A stretch of DNA of 63,824 nt, filler included, from Reticulomyxa filosa (lineage: Eukaryota > Protista > Foraminifera), in assembly GCA_000512085.1 (NCBI GenBank). It is 22 parts of 22 records of this genome, joined end to end, with 100 filler letters (N's around TTAATTAATTAA, not from the genome) between each part and the next. Parts side by side here need not be neighbours in the genome. Positions count along the whole stretch, not along the records: positions 25,795 to 28,113 come from ASPP01001649.1; positions 28,214 to 30,442 come from ASPP01022038.1; positions 30,543 to 32,380 come from ASPP01022739.1; positions 32,481 to 33,693 come from ASPP01004611.1; positions 33,794 to 35,747 come from ASPP01019624.1; positions 35,848 to 38,883 come from ASPP01027177.1; positions 38,984 to 40,258 come from ASPP01046083.1; 15 more parts are not named here. One strand, given 5' to 3'. Shown here piece by piece: positions 25,795 through 39,350 of this stretch; position 1 is the stretch's first letter; each line of letters opens with the position of its first letter. The position numbers were made by a program, and so were the translations under genes. The notes under the pieces were generated by a model. It searched no databases and was not told where the DNA came from. It was given only the letters and a program-made list of their open reading frames with translations.

Positions 25795-26410
25795 CTTTTT
25801 TCCACCATTTGCTTCATTGCATAATCACGCATCACTTTCTTTTCCTTGCTTGAAAACTTTTCTGCTAGTAGTATCTTAATTCCTGGAGTGTTTTGAAATG
25901 AAATTGCTGTTTGTAATGCGCCATCAAATACTTCTTGATACTTTTTTAGGTCCATAAATCCTGCTTCCAACAAGTATTTTGCACATTTTACGTTATTCCC
26001 TGTCAACGGGCATACCAAATGCGCCAATAGCGTGTCCTTTTTACATTTCACACACAAACACACGTATATCTAAATCTATGTTTTTTCAAAAGTTTCCCTC
26101 ATGTTTCATTACATTGTAAGTTTTAAATTCAAACGGTTCATCCCATTTGATGTACTTATTTTTTTTTGCAAAATCTCCACAAACAATGCTTCCTTTTTTT
26201 GCGATGCGTACCGACATGCATCGATGCATATTCGTCGCTTGTTTAGTATATCACACATCAAATATCATACACGCTAAGTTTTGGTTTTTTGCTCTAAACA
26301 AATTTGTTTGTGAGTTTTTTTTATATGTCAAACTGATTCAAGATCGCAGGAATTAATACGGATTGCATCAAACTGTTGAAACTGGAGTTGCTTTTTTTTT
26401 TTGGAGTCAT
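25795..26410 (-). pseudogene. Possible ankyrin-repeat-like decayed gene
   Basis: GNNVKCAKYLLEAG and ALQTAISFQNTPGIKILL resemble ankyrin helices; upstream frames are broken. Confidence 0.4.
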
Positions 26411-27019
26411 TATTGATTCAACTTTTTTTGGAGGAAAAAAAAGCTAAAGGAAGGCTACCTGAAACAGCGACCTACTTACTGACACTCCATTTTTGTTATC
26501 CGTTTCATCTGAAAGAGACTATTTGAAAAACATAAATAAATAAAGAGATTTGAATAATTTTATAAACTTTTTTTTACAGTCTACAAACCGGGACTGAGCG
26601 GCAATTTTCCATATTCGTGGTATTAATTTCATAACAAGGAGTGTAATTCTTTTTGTTCTCGTTCTCTGAATTTGTAGTGTCACTTCTAGAAAAATAACAA
26701 ATGTCAATCTCTTTTTGCCTGGTTACACTGCCCTCTGAAGAGTTCGATTCGTTGTCGGTAAATTTTTCTTTTGCCCAGAAAAAAAACAAACGTTACAACT
26801 TTTATTTTGTATGTTCTTTTTTACTTACTTAATGCTTCCATTTAATAATAAATACTGCCAAAAACTGTGAAAAAGTTATTTTAAACTTATTTTTTTGCAT
26901 AAAGGTCACTTGAGTTGTGGCTTGACACAAAACTACTCGTTTATGAAATATTGCTATCCCGAAGATAACACACGATCTTAAAAGATTATCCATTTTTCTG
27001 TAAAAAATAACATTTGATG

Positions 27020-27545
27020 AAATTTTTTGAATATCAGCAATTGTCTAATTTAAAATATTGCTTTGGCCTTTTATTCTTTTTCGAAATTTTTAAAAAAATT
27101 AATGAAAGATTCAAATTTTTGTAGGAATCTGGAACGGAAAGTAAATATTATTGAAAAGAGAAGGCTTTTTAATTAAATAAAAAAGAAAGAAGAGATATTG
27201 GAATCATTATGACCCATTCTGACGTAGGAATCCCTATAAGTTAACAATCATGAAATCCACCCTCTTTTTAAGGACGCTCAAAAAATATAATAATTAAAAT
27301 TTTTTTGCTTCAGTGTAGTAACACTACTTACGCCACAATGGAGTCAGTATGACTCCAAATATTGCAATTTTCTTTTTAATTTAAAATTCAAAAATATTTT
27401 TACTTTTCTTAAAAAACGTGCTTTCCTGCTCCAGATTCGATATTTGTTGCTCTTACTTGCTATTTTTTGCAAAAAAAAATTTTAAATCATATATCGACGC
27501 TATCAACTGGACAATAAAGTGGGTTATTTCAATGAAATCTAAACA
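27020..27545. repeat. Diverged inverted repeat pair (~27020-27228 vs ~27328-27545)
   Basis: Left arm reverse-complemented tacgtcagaatgggtcataatgattccaat vs right arm tacgccacaatggagtcagtatgactccaaat; also ctttccgttccagattc vs ctttcctgctccagattc. Confidence 0.6.
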
Positions 27546-27786
27546 TCAGCATTATCTCGTTGCAACCTTTATATTTACAGATTATCAGCAAAGTTTACAT
27601 CAGTCTTGGTAGCAGTAAACGCTCGAAAGTGTTTCTAAAAAAAATTTTTTGAGAAAAATTATTTAATTATTGCAATAAGAGATAATCCTCATTGTAAAGA
27701 AATAAGCTTTGATAATAAAGTCATCAATACTAGGTATACAATGACACCGGAAAATGAAGATATCTTGAAACAAAATAGAAAAATTA

Positions 27787-28070
27787 CCGTAGTTACAAAA
27801 AAAACTGTCATACCTAAATGGTCATGAATGAAGCGAATCAATTTTCTCTATGACAAATAAACATTTAAACATCATTTTTTAACATATACAAATCTTGTAG
27901 TTTTAAATTATAAAATTTTTTTTTATGTATTTAATTTGTTTTTTGTTGTGTATATTCATATAAAATCGATGTAGTTGTAAATGCGGATATTTACAAAGAA
28001 ATTCTAGTAATAAAATGATCAAAATTATTTATTGATGTTTAGAAGATTATATTTCAGCAAGATAATGCCA
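27787..28070 (+). mobile_element. Older MITE-like copy of the same TIR family
   Basis: TA|CCGTAGTTACAAAAAAAACTGTCATACCTAAATG..aatcaattttctctatga; a degenerate reverse TIR-like segment lies at ~27960-28070. Confidence 0.65.
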
Positions 28071-28073
28071 CTA

Positions 28074-28113
28074 CAGTATGTTGCAAAGAAAACTGAACGC
28101 CTAAAACGATATC
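28074..28113 (+). mobile_element. TIR start, truncated by the contig end
   Basis: TA|CAGTATGTTGCAAAGAAAACTGAACGCCTAAAACGATATC; identical over 40 bp to 30286. Confidence 0.8.
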
Positions 28114-30285
28114 NNNNNNNNNNNNNNNNNNNNNNNNNNNNNNNNNNNNNNNNNNNNTTAATTAATTAANNNNNNNNNNNNNNNNNNNNNNNNNNNNNNN
28201 NNNNNNNNNNNNNCCCACAAATCGGACATCAACCAGAAAAGGAATCAAAACAAGAAAATGCAATGGAGGGAGACGAAGAAGCTGCGGATCAAACTGTGTT
28301 TTGTAACCTTGTTTGTTGTTTCGAATTGTACAAATATCACAAATTAAAACAGAAATATGTGTACATTTGCAAGAATTTCATGTGAGTATTTTTTTTAATA
28401 TGAAGTTATGTTAAAGAGGATCAAAAGTGCAAACACAATTGTAGAAAAAATTATCTCAAAAAGTCGATAAAAAAAATGTACTACTTTTGTTATTGGCTAT
28501 TCATTCATTTGTCATCATTCATACAAAAAGCAAGTTAAAGTTTTTTCTTTAAAAAAAACAAACACAATGACCTTTGTTAAGATCAACTTAAAAAGTTAGA
28601 TTAGATTTTTGTCTACTAAAATGAAACATTAAAGTCAGATTATTGTTAACATTCTAGCGTCATATTCAAGATTTTGCCTAAACAAGTTTGAAAGTTTCGC
28701 ATGCTCCGAACTACGCGAGCACGCATACCATTTATGACTGCTTGGGTGGTGTGCTTTCAATTTTTTAAATGGTAACTTAATTTAACCAAGTTAAAAATTG
28801 TGTACGTTTGTGGATGTGAAAATGGTGCTTGCAAAAAAAAAAGAGTTGAAGTGGTTCTTTTTGTTTGAAATGGATTCTATTGCGACAGTGACAATGCTTT
28901 AGTCGAGTATTCGGAATAAATTATCCATCATGTCGTATGTGGCTGTCACGATATGTATTGAATCATTAATATACTTGGAAACTTACTTAATCTATTTAGA
29001 ATATTCTGAAGTTGTTGAGTCGTCTGAAATTGAAAGTTAAACTGAAACATCATTACTACATTTGTTGACAACAAAATTATTAACAAAAAACGAAAACGTG
29101 TTTACGAGACTGGTTTGTATAATTAGAATCAAAATCTAAATTAAAAAAAATTATGATTGTGTAACTAACTTTTACTAGTAGTCTACATTCATATAATTAT
29201 ATCTACTAAACAATATATACTGCCAAATTGGAAATAATAAAGGCTACGATCAACTTATGGAATTTACAATATATAATATGTTGTTTTGGCAATTAATGTA
29301 AGCTGCCACACAACAACATATTTACACATATAAATATATATTATATATTAGGCACTTCGTTTCGAAGTGATAATTTGTGTGTGTTGTGTAATGTGAAAAA
29401 GGTCATTAGTTGAAGTTAGAATGTAAACTTCACAAGAATTTCATTCACTGTCGCCGCTGTATTTAACAATTTGGCCATTATTGTCTTCCGAAGCTAGTCG
29501 TTTGATCAATACTTATTTTTGACTATCACTGAACGCAAAACATACTTTTATTTCGTCACTTGTTGTCATTTCATATTTTGTTTGATATGTCATGCCCGAT
29601 CAAAATGAAGATATTCATGATAGTATTTTGCGACAACAGGCTAAAGTCCACTTTCTGCTACTTATGATCTGTTTCTTTCCATTTTGGTAATATATTGCTT
29701 GTGTTCTCGATAATTAAAAAAAAAGGTTGTCGAAAAATATTTATTGATGGCCACAATCAACGAACAAATTGAATCAAAGGCTACGAAAAAAGATGAATGA
29801 ATGCTATCATAAAGAAGAGCCGGATATGGACATGATCAGGCCATAAACAATCAAGTGAAAACAACAAACAACACGATGAAGTACATTGATGATTTTTTTA
29901 AGACTATGGTCTAACTTATTGTGTGAGTCAGCCAAACTTGACTTAGTTTCAATTGCGATCAAGACTATACACTTTGATAACAGCAAAGTTTAAAGCTAGT
30001 TTAAGAAACTATCATTATTTTTTATTTTATTGCAATTGCAATTTTAAAAATTTCTAAAGTCATTAGTGTATGATTTATAATAAAATTCAAATACTTTCTG
30101 TCAGCAAAAAAACACACCGTTGATTGACGTTTACTATATTCCAACAAGACAACATACAAACATTCGAATTAAAATTTTTTCCTCCAATTGATTGATTTGG
30201 TTATATTGAGAACATATGATAAAACATCAACAATGGCTCACTAACGAACAAAAATGAAAATAGCGTATGTTTAATGCGTGAAATA

Positions 30286-30442
30286 CAGTATGTTGCAAAG
30301 AAAACTGAACGCCTAAAACGATATCCTATGATGATAATTGATTTTCTCCATGAAAAATCAACATTTAGACCTAATTTTTTTTAAAAAATATCTACAAGTC
30401 TTATAGTTTTTAAATATGATATTGATTTTTTAATAACTTTTT
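30286..30442 (+). mobile_element. Tc1/mariner-type TIR copy, truncated by the contig end
   Basis: TA|CAGTATGTTGCAAAG...gattttctccatgaaaaatc; collinear with 13155-13309. Confidence 0.82.
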
Positions 30443-32480
30443 NNNNNNNNNNNNNNNNNNNNNNNNNNNNNNNNNNNNNNNNNNNNTTAATTAATTAANN
30501 NNNNNNNNNNNNNNNNNNNNNNNNNNNNNNNNNNNNNNNNNNCTACAATATATATATGTACATACGTATTTCCAAAAGTGGATAAAACACGAAGTCGAGG
30601 TGGTCGTCGATTATTGGAGTCGATATGAAGTGATCGAGTTGGTTGTCAATGATTTTAAAAAATCATAATGGTTTTTGCCATGTGACCACATTGAACACGT
30701 TTTTTTTATGTGTCCTTTTCGCCGATGAAAAAAAAACAAGTTCGAATGGCCCCTTTTCACTCGAACTGTAATGGGCTTGGTTGGTGTCAACAGAACAGAA
30801 AGTGACTTGGAGGCACCAAGAAATAGATGATTGTACATTATTTTTGTTAGTGAATGTATGCTCTGTATCAATCGAAAACGTAAATCGCTAAAAGATTAAC
30901 AGACACTGTTTGTAAACTTGCCATCATTTATGTAAAGTTTTTGTGTTGATTGTCAGATGTAATATTTCTTTAAAAAACTTTCAAAGCGGAGAAACATGAT
31001 AGTTTGGTCTTCAATTTTAAGATTAAAAAAATTAACCACTTAATTTCTCGAAAAAAAAACAACAAAGATAACGGCGTTTGAAAACAAACATATTTGTCAT
31101 CAACCACAAAGAATAGCAAAAAAAGAAGCTGACATTAATTAATAAAAAAAGAAACAAAATAAAAGAAAGTGGTTATTGTTGATCTGTCATGTTCATCTTG
31201 CAAAGAACAATGATGATTCCAAAAATGTATTTTGTTTTTAATAAAAGTCTTTGGTCTTAATTCATTCTAAATATTGTATACTAACACAAAATTATGACAT
31301 CGAATCTAAATAACAATATTCAAAAAAAGTTTAAGCACTTCATAATCATTTTGAAGAAGCTGTTTTTGGAAGGGATTTAAATTAGAAAAGTCAAGATTTT
31401 AGATCGTGCCAAGTGTCGGGCTTCATCTCGAAATGCTTTTGCACTATCTATACAAAATCTTATAATTATTTCTATTGATATCGATCACGACTTTGCTGCA
31501 TTCAAAACTTTAATCGAAAATAATTAATTGTTTCATAGACAGTGACAATTCTTGGACGTTTGTGGTATCAAAAATTAGTTGGCAAATATTTAATCAGGAA
31601 ATGCTCAACAGTAAATAAATAATCAATTCATTCACAAATCTAATGTCTGTTTAATTGCTATGCCAAGAAGGGATGATTGTTCAACCGCTGATATATCTTG
31701 TTGCAAATAATGCTCGCAAAAAGCCTAGATTTGATTCAATAACATTATCAATAAATCAGGATCTTCTCTTAATTGAGAAATAACATTGCATGCCATTGTA
31801 ATTCAACTTTTTTTTTAAAGTGGTGTCCGACTACTCATTCACTCTACTCACTCTATTCGTCAAAAGCACACAAATCTGCGTTCATGAAACTGCTATCGAA
31901 TGATGAATCCTGGCTAGTAATTTTAATTAATCGTTGTGATAATTTTTTCCAATAAACTTGAACACAGTACTAAATAATACAATATGTTACAAAAAAGTAA
32001 CTAACAAATAGCATTCAAGCTTCAACATTGAAGTAATAATTTTATTTAGAATTTGTTTAGGTGAAATAGAGAATGCGTCATTTTATATCATTTCAAAATG
32101 ATCTCAATTTAACCCACAAAACTTTTTGATCATCACACAGTAGCATCGCTCACCTCTGTGCAACTCAGAGGGGTCCCTTTGGAACCACGCTCAAACTCTA
32201 CGAGACTTCAGCAATGGTCATATGCTTTGAAGGTTAAATATCAAAAAAAAAAATTCAACATTATCAGTTATCGCTTACAAAATTAAACAAAATTATATCA
32301 ATCAAAAAACAAAGCAAAATAAACATAAAAATTGTTGAAATTTGAAACCAAATTTTTTATTAATAATGAGAAAAATTATTNNNNNNNNNNNNNNNNNNNN
32401 NNNNNNNNNNNNNNNNNNNNNNNNTTAATTAATTAANNNNNNNNNNNNNNNNNNNNNNNNNNNNNNNNNNNNNNNNNNNN

Positions 32481-33542
32481 CCCCCTCTTTATGTTCACGT
32501 TCATTGTTTTTGTTGCATGTCGGAAATGATTTTGTGTTTTCTTCCAACGTGGACATGTATTCATTAGGGAATGAAGATGATGACAAAGAACAGAGTCACA
32601 TCGAAAAAACTAACGAGCCCACCAGGAAGCACTCCCACTCAAGAGGGGTTTCAATGGACAAATGCAGCGTGCTATCTCACCGGAAGTCAAACACAATTGA
32701 CCACATCGACGGAAATCGAGAATGATATCGACTTGGATCATTTCCATACACTCAACAAACGAAATAGCAATGACAAAGGAAAAGAAAACGAAAAAGAAAA
32801 AGATAAAAAATTAAAACAAGATTGCAAAACTGAAGAAATGAAGCAAGCACAAGACGCTACATCCGCTAGTCCACAATTTGTTTCCCATAATTTTTCAAAG
32901 TCACCACAACACAAACTCGAAAGTGAATTGCGACACGGAAATATTCGACATGAGTTCACTAATAGCACTTGGAGCGCATCCTTACCGGAGTTGCCATTAG
33001 ATGACAAAATTATTGCTGATAATCTCACCGAACAAGGACAAGAAGAACAACAACCAGGAAATGGCAGTTGAGTTGTGTATTTCCGATCCTTTTTCCTCCT
33101 GTTTGGCTTCTCTATATACATATACATATATATTTGTAAACACAATAGTTATTGGTCACAGGGCGAGTGTAGAAATCAGCAAGAGTGATACACGCACTTT
33201 TGATGCAAATATTTATTCACAACTCCACAATACTAACAACTCCATCATTGGCACTGCTTCAGCTGCTCGACCACTCAAAATACCCCCTTCCATTCATGAA
33301 GAAAGTCAACTTGAGAACGACACAAGCAATGGCTACAAACCACTTCACAGCCAAAAAACATCATCTGTTGATCATGTTGATGCCCGTCTTCGTCCATTGA
33401 CTCACCAAAAAGGTTTCTCAAAAATTGAATCTCGTTCGGCCTCGACTATTTCCAGGTCCTACCAAACTATGGAACCTTTTTTGCCATCAAGGACTGCAGA
33501 GTCTCAGTCCATGTCCAGAATACAATATGAGGATCACGATAA
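32481..33542 (+). CDS. Hypothetical S/H/K-rich protein fragment (at least two exons)
   Basis: Open frames to ~33066 and ~33150-33542 with a GT..AG intron between; no domain recognised. Confidence 0.55.
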
Positions 33543-33843
33543 GTGAACTATAGCAAATCGTTGTTGTTTATCCTCTTATCTTTTTTGTTTTGTTTTTGTG
33601 TTGTTTTTTTTGTTGTTGTTATTGTTGCTGCTGCCTTCTTCTTCAATTCACTCCCTCTTCCTCCCCACCCCCCCACCCCATCCCCCTTCTCCCNNNNNNN
33701 NNNNNNNNNNNNNNNNNNNNNNNNNNNNNNNNNNNNNTTAATTAATTAANNNNNNNNNNNNNNNNNNNNNNNNNNNNNNNNNNNNNNNNNNNNTTTTTTT
33801 TTTTTTTTTGGGGGGGGGGGGAAAAAAAAAAAAAAAAAAAAAG

Positions 33844-35244
33844 AACACTTGATGCGTGTGTTGCACCAACGCTTTTGTGAGTGCGTGTCGAATGACAGCC
33901 ACGCGACATGGCGCAACCAACTAGCGGTGGCGCAGTTGGTGTGCTTATGGACGACACAGTATTGGAAGGAGGACTTTGAACATGCCCGTCTGGTGTGTGA
34001 GGAGCTGGACCACTTGAAGAAGAACGTGCGCGCATGCATTAAGGATACTCTAAAGTGTCAACAGATTGAAAAGCTGTTGTCTTTGCCTGTGACAAAGACT
34101 TCTGAGTCATCTTTGTCTTCCTCTTTATTGTCTTTGTCGTTTGAACATCCATCCTTTGCCAATAAGCAATCACAATTACAACAACAACAACAACAACATG
34201 ATGACGATGGTGATGATGATATAACATCGGAAGATGATATTCGAGGACGTTGGCCTTATCTGGCCCAGGTCACCTGTTCCAAACACACCGACACATTGGA
34301 CATAACTCGGTACAAACCTCACGTGTTGGCCGAACAATTGACGCTAATGGACCACTTTGTGTTCGTTGGCATTCAGCCCAGAGAACTCATCTCCCAAGGT
34401 TGGACCAACTTCCACAAGTGGAAACGCTCTCCGCAAGTGCTTCAGATGATTGGACAGTTCAATTCCATTTCCCATTGGTGTCAGTTCACTATCTTAACCG
34501 CTTCCACAAACAACGCGCGCAAAAAGCTCTTGAAACATTTCATTGCCATTGCTATGGTATTTATATCCCTCCACCTTTTTTTTTTTCTCCTTCCCAATTC
34601 TTTTTGAATACGTATATATGTATACGTATTTGCATGTATGTATGCATGCATATGTGTGTGTGTGTGTGATAATAGAGATTAAATGAACTCCACAATTACA
34701 GTTCTTTGTGCTCCGTCCATGCTGCTATTACCTCTACACCCATTCAAAGATGCAAGGAAGCGTGGCAAAGCCTGCGCAAAAACAAAAAGTATATGACTCT
34801 GTTGGAAAACATTTCCAGCATTTTTTCGTGGAAAACCTCAATCTTGAAAAAGCTGCACATGGACGCCAAAGGAACTGTAGTACCTCATTTAGGCACCATT
34901 TTGCATACCTTGGCCACTTTCAAAGAAGGAAACAACTATCTTGAAGATGGATCTGTCAATAAATGGAAAATGATTCACTTGGCAGAATTTATTGAAAAAC
35001 TGACCCGATGGCAAAAAGTTTTCTGATTCTTTTATATTACCCCACCTTTTTTTTTTTTCATTTCCTTTCTAAGCTACTTCACGTGTGTGTTGATAATTAA
35101 CAATAATAATAACAACAACAGGGGTCATACAATCTCCAACGAGATTTGGTAGTGCAAAAACTGCTGTTAGAAGAATTTGTAAAACAAAGGACTGTCTCTC
35201 CTCATTATCTTTATACTTTGGCTGATACTGTTGTCAATACATAG
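33844..35244 (+). CDS. Ras guanine-nucleotide exchange factor (REM end plus CDC25 domain), 5'-partial; exons ~33844-34556, 34676-35018, 35122-35244
   Basis: LWTTQYWKEDF; LAEQLTLMDH..IQPRELISQGW..SPQVLQMIGQFNSISHW; ELHNYSSLCSVHAAITSTPIQR; VPHLG..FKEGN..VNKWK; YNLQRDLVVQ. Confidence 0.93.
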
Positions 35245-35925
35245 TCTTCACCTTCTTTTTTTTCTACGATGCTTTCTCTTGTCTTGTTTTTGTTTTTTTT
35301 TTCTTGTTCAAATTTATGAACAATTTGCCAAATGTTTGGTTGCTAAAATTGTTTTTATTTTTACTTATTTTATCTTTTTTATATAAAATATTTTGTTTGT
35401 TTTGTCAGCTCTCAAAAACATAGAATACTTCCATAGTTTTAGTTGTTATCTCCTACACTTTTAGTAATAAAGATTTGAAACGTTTAAAAATTTGCAAAAA
35501 AAAAGTATTTTTCCAATAATTTCTCCACGTTTCATAAGTCAAATGAATAAAAACAGCTTCTTTTGGAGAGTTTTTGTCAAGTTCGAAAATGGAGAGACTT
35601 CGTTACATAGTTTTTTGCATGTTTGCAGAATATGAGCATTGATACTATTGTATAGTGCCAGTCGATTAATTTTGGTGTATTGTTTTGAAAGTAGTTGAAA
35701 TCAAACAAAAATATGAAAAATATGTTGCTGAAAAAGAGTTTTTTTTTNNNNNNNNNNNNNNNNNNNNNNNNNNNNNNNNNNNNNNNNNNNNTTAATTAAT
35801 TAANNNNNNNNNNNNNNNNNNNNNNNNNNNNNNNNNNNNNNNNNNNNTTTTTTTTTTTTTTTTAAACAACTTCAACTTATATACTCCCTTGCCCGAACAC
35901 ATAATCATCAATAAAAACAAAAAAA

Positions 35926-36776
35926 ATGTCCGAAGAAAAAAAGAAGAGTTAAAGGCGCAAAATGGTGTGTAAGAAGAAAATCAATTGGAAACAGTGACAA
36001 AACTACTTCGCGAACAGCTGGAAATAAAAGATCGTAAATGGTACCTAACAACATACAAAACCTGTTTTGTATGGAGTGAGTCAATGTCACTGCCCGTGAG
36101 CTCAGGCGTAGCAAAGACGCACGGGCGAGCAGTGGAGCTTGTGAATTTGATGCTTGCAGCGAACGTCTTTCGCCACGTGAAAAAAGACCACAGCTTCAAA
36201 GATGACAACTTGTATTATCGTTTTGTAATGGACAAGCCAGCCAAGGTGAAAAAGAGAAAAACGAGGAGACCTCACAGACCGGAGCTATGGACTTGGTCCG
36301 AGCTGTTTCGAACCTAGCAACGAATTGGCTTGCAAGCCAAAGTTAAAGATTTGTCGTTGGAAGTTAGAAATGCCAAACTTACATAAGACGACACGTTTGA
36401 TATTTCGCCTATCGACAAGTACAGTCAAGAGTTTTTAGACAATGTCCATCACGTCAAATGGATTTCCCTTAAGCCAAAGGGCAAATACAACATTGGTATT
36501 TTAATATTTTATTTTTTTAATTGAAAAAAAAACAAACATTTTTTATATATGTATTGATTAGATGCGGGTGGCCTAGTGATTGTATGTTTAGAAGCCAAAG
36601 CGGCGATCATTGAAGAGAATTTGTTCTGTGGGGACTACCTAACAGTGCTATGTACCCAGCAAGGCATTGTTGAAAGCTGCAAGGTCGCGTTGTACGGCAT
36701 TAAGCGTGCGGAAGAATTTGGATTAAAAATTGAAGGAAAAGTTACTGAAAGGGACAGTGGTTGGAATGAAATGTGA
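35926..36776 (+). pseudogene. DEP domain fused to the N-terminus of a mercuric-reductase-like flavoprotein disulfide reductase, decayed
   Basis: DEP: LEIKDRKWYLTTYKTCFVWSE..AVELVNLMLAANVFRHVKKDHSFKDDNLYYRF. Then SPIDKYSQEFLDNVH..W..KPKGKYN|AGGLV..AKAAIIEENLFCGDYLTV..RAEEFGLKIEGKV. In-frame stops and deletions. Confidence 0.75.
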
Positions 36777-36799
36777 ATATAGCATAGTTCTATCATCAG

Positions 36800-38330
36800 T
36801 GTATGATCTTCAGCAAAGTATAAATTTCTCATTGCTTGTGTTCAATGAACTGGGTAAATACGACGAGGACGAAACAATCTGATAGTGCATAGTCCCTTGC
36901 ACGCCGGTCCCATGGACTCGGACGCTTTCTAAAAAGGTATGATTGTTACGCAAATACAAATCTATGAAAGCCAACTTGTCGACTGATCGCATTTGCAAAG
37001 AGGTTTGAACAAGCAGTGGAATCCTTCCCAATTGCGGCGACTACAAACGGACTGTCCTAGTCATTTACGTGATGTTCATTTGCAATAGTATGTTCCACTA
37101 CCAGTCCCAGCAGAGATACCTCTTTGTTGTCGCTATATTGGGGTTCTAGTTTACCATTTCGCGAAACAACAAATACAATTGATACAAAGTGTTCATTACT
37201 TAAAAGGTTGTTTTCGCAGCATTGCGAATCCGCATGAGACACCCACCATAATGAATAGGCTGTTGCATTCTTAGCAAGTGAACAAAGGTTATCTTTTGAT
37301 AACTTGTAACCCAAGTGTCCACAGCCATGACACAAGTTATTGATCAAGACTACATACAAAGACAGCAACGTGGTGAATGTGAAGACATCGTCGTATGTCC
37401 AGTTCATTGCAATTACAAAGTCTGGTTTTTTGAAAACTGTTGAAATCCTTTTATTTCAACTTCCACAAACATGCACCAAGCCTGCCAAATGTTTCCACCG
37501 CCGATAGACCGATTCCACAACGCAGATAAAAAGAATGCTACTTCGCTTGACTTGTTTTGTTTCAATCACTTTTTTTGAGATATCGCGAGTTTATATTGCC
37601 GCATAAAATGCTACCAAACGACTGCATTACGATGTACTGCATGCCATGTCCATCAATTTGATTGCATATTCTTTAAACAATCGCGGACTTAATGCAAACC
37701 AAAAGGGTGGTCATACACTATCGGAATACGTGCACCATAGCTTTGTATTTCATTAGTGTGCGATTTGTCAGCGTCGTCATCGTAGCAGACTTTATAATGA
37801 CTCATAAGTGCACATTGACGTCAGTCTAGGCGCTCTCGTTGGTGTTGGTAATGTCTTGGATGAATGATACGATCTTGTCCACAAATACCAGCACAAACAT
37901 TTGCGTCGTCTCTTTTTGCTTCGCGCATTATCAATCAATATGCTAATACTTTGCATGGCCATAGCTTTGATAAGCATAATAGCGCCAACACTCAACTGAA
38001 CTTGACTCTGAATTGAATTTGGAGTATATGCACCACTTGGCCAATGGAGACAACCTATCTACCAATTGGTCATTGCCTCGCGATACAATGGCAGTGCCAT
38101 TGAAAGGCACGCAATATTATGTACGTATTTATACTCGGATACAACTCCTGCTAGATACCTTCGTCGCTAAACTGTCCGCTCAAAAGTATAACAACACCGA
38201 GTCTAGATTGTAACTCGTCCCAAATTATATCATCCAGCTAGTCCCCAATGAGTAGTTGGACAGCGTCTGTGTACTCACTCCCAAGCAGTACAATATAAAC
38301 TTGCACATTATTCAGTCTTTTACTTGGGTC
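36800..38330 (-). pseudogene. Unassigned decayed coding-like region
   Basis: Raised GC and short broken ORFs on the minus strand; family not recognised. Confidence 0.3.
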
Positions 38331-38983
38331 TCTCACCAGCAACTATCAACATATATTTAATCAATCCGATTTGGTATTGTATACGTTTGTAGAAAAATGA
38401 TATAGTAAGACAAAAGCAAACCTGAGAAATGACGTTTTTGCATTTCTTAGCCAAATTAGGAAGGAACAATAAAGGAGCCTCCTGTATCTTGAGATACATT
38501 TCATGAACGTTTTGCGAAAAAATAGAATTACTCAGACACCAATCAGCATGCTTGCTTTGCCCCTTATTTTTTACGGTTTCCGGATTGATCAATTAATACA
38601 TACAAAAACATACAATGTTCGTTTATTGTTTCAAAAGTGTCGCACAAAGATATCAAGAGATTGAAACAGCCTAAGTACTATGTGATCCCACCAGACATCT
38701 GAAAACAAATAAGAAACAAGATAAAAAATAATTCTGGAAAAGATCAAAACAAAGCGATAGAACAAAAAAGATAGTGTCAAAGTGAAAACAAACTATTGCT
38801 TTTTCTCCATCGGTCAATTCCTTGGACAAGCCGAAATCGATCAACACGCATAACCAGATTGATCAAATAAAATATTTTCTGGTNNNNNNNNNNNNNNNNN
38901 NNNNNNNNNNNNNNNNNNNNNNNNNNNTTAATTAATTAANNNNNNNNNNNNNNNNNNNNNNNNNNNNNNNNNNNNNNNNNNNN

Positions 38984-39025
<42 letters not shown>

Positions 39026-39350
39026 TGAGGAACAAGGATTGGTGACACTTGTCAAATCGGTCAATGAGGGAGATTTTTTTTTTTTTTTTTTTTGTACCGC
39101 AATTGCGCATTAGTAAATTTCAATGAGAGTGGGGATGATGAGATACTTTTTCGTTTGTATGTGTGTGTGTTTTTAAAAATAAAAGATGAACTTTTTGCGA
39201 TTTTCCTTTTTTTTTTTAAAAAAAAAAAAAAAGGGGAGATACAAACCGAGGTATTTGTGTAGGCAAAAAAAAAAAAAAAAATTCAAGAGGGGGACACGAG
39301 ATCTGGGACAAAAAAAAAAAGTTTATAACGAAAATGTATATAGCAAGAGA

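Noticed and set aside
31400-31960. Possible HEAT-repeat remnant (FMKLLSNDESWLV)
   Set aside because: One weak motif only.
32140-32240. GC-richer island as a possible snRNA or snoRNA
   Set aside because: No convincing Sm site, box set or known RNA match by eye; an Rfam scan would settle it.
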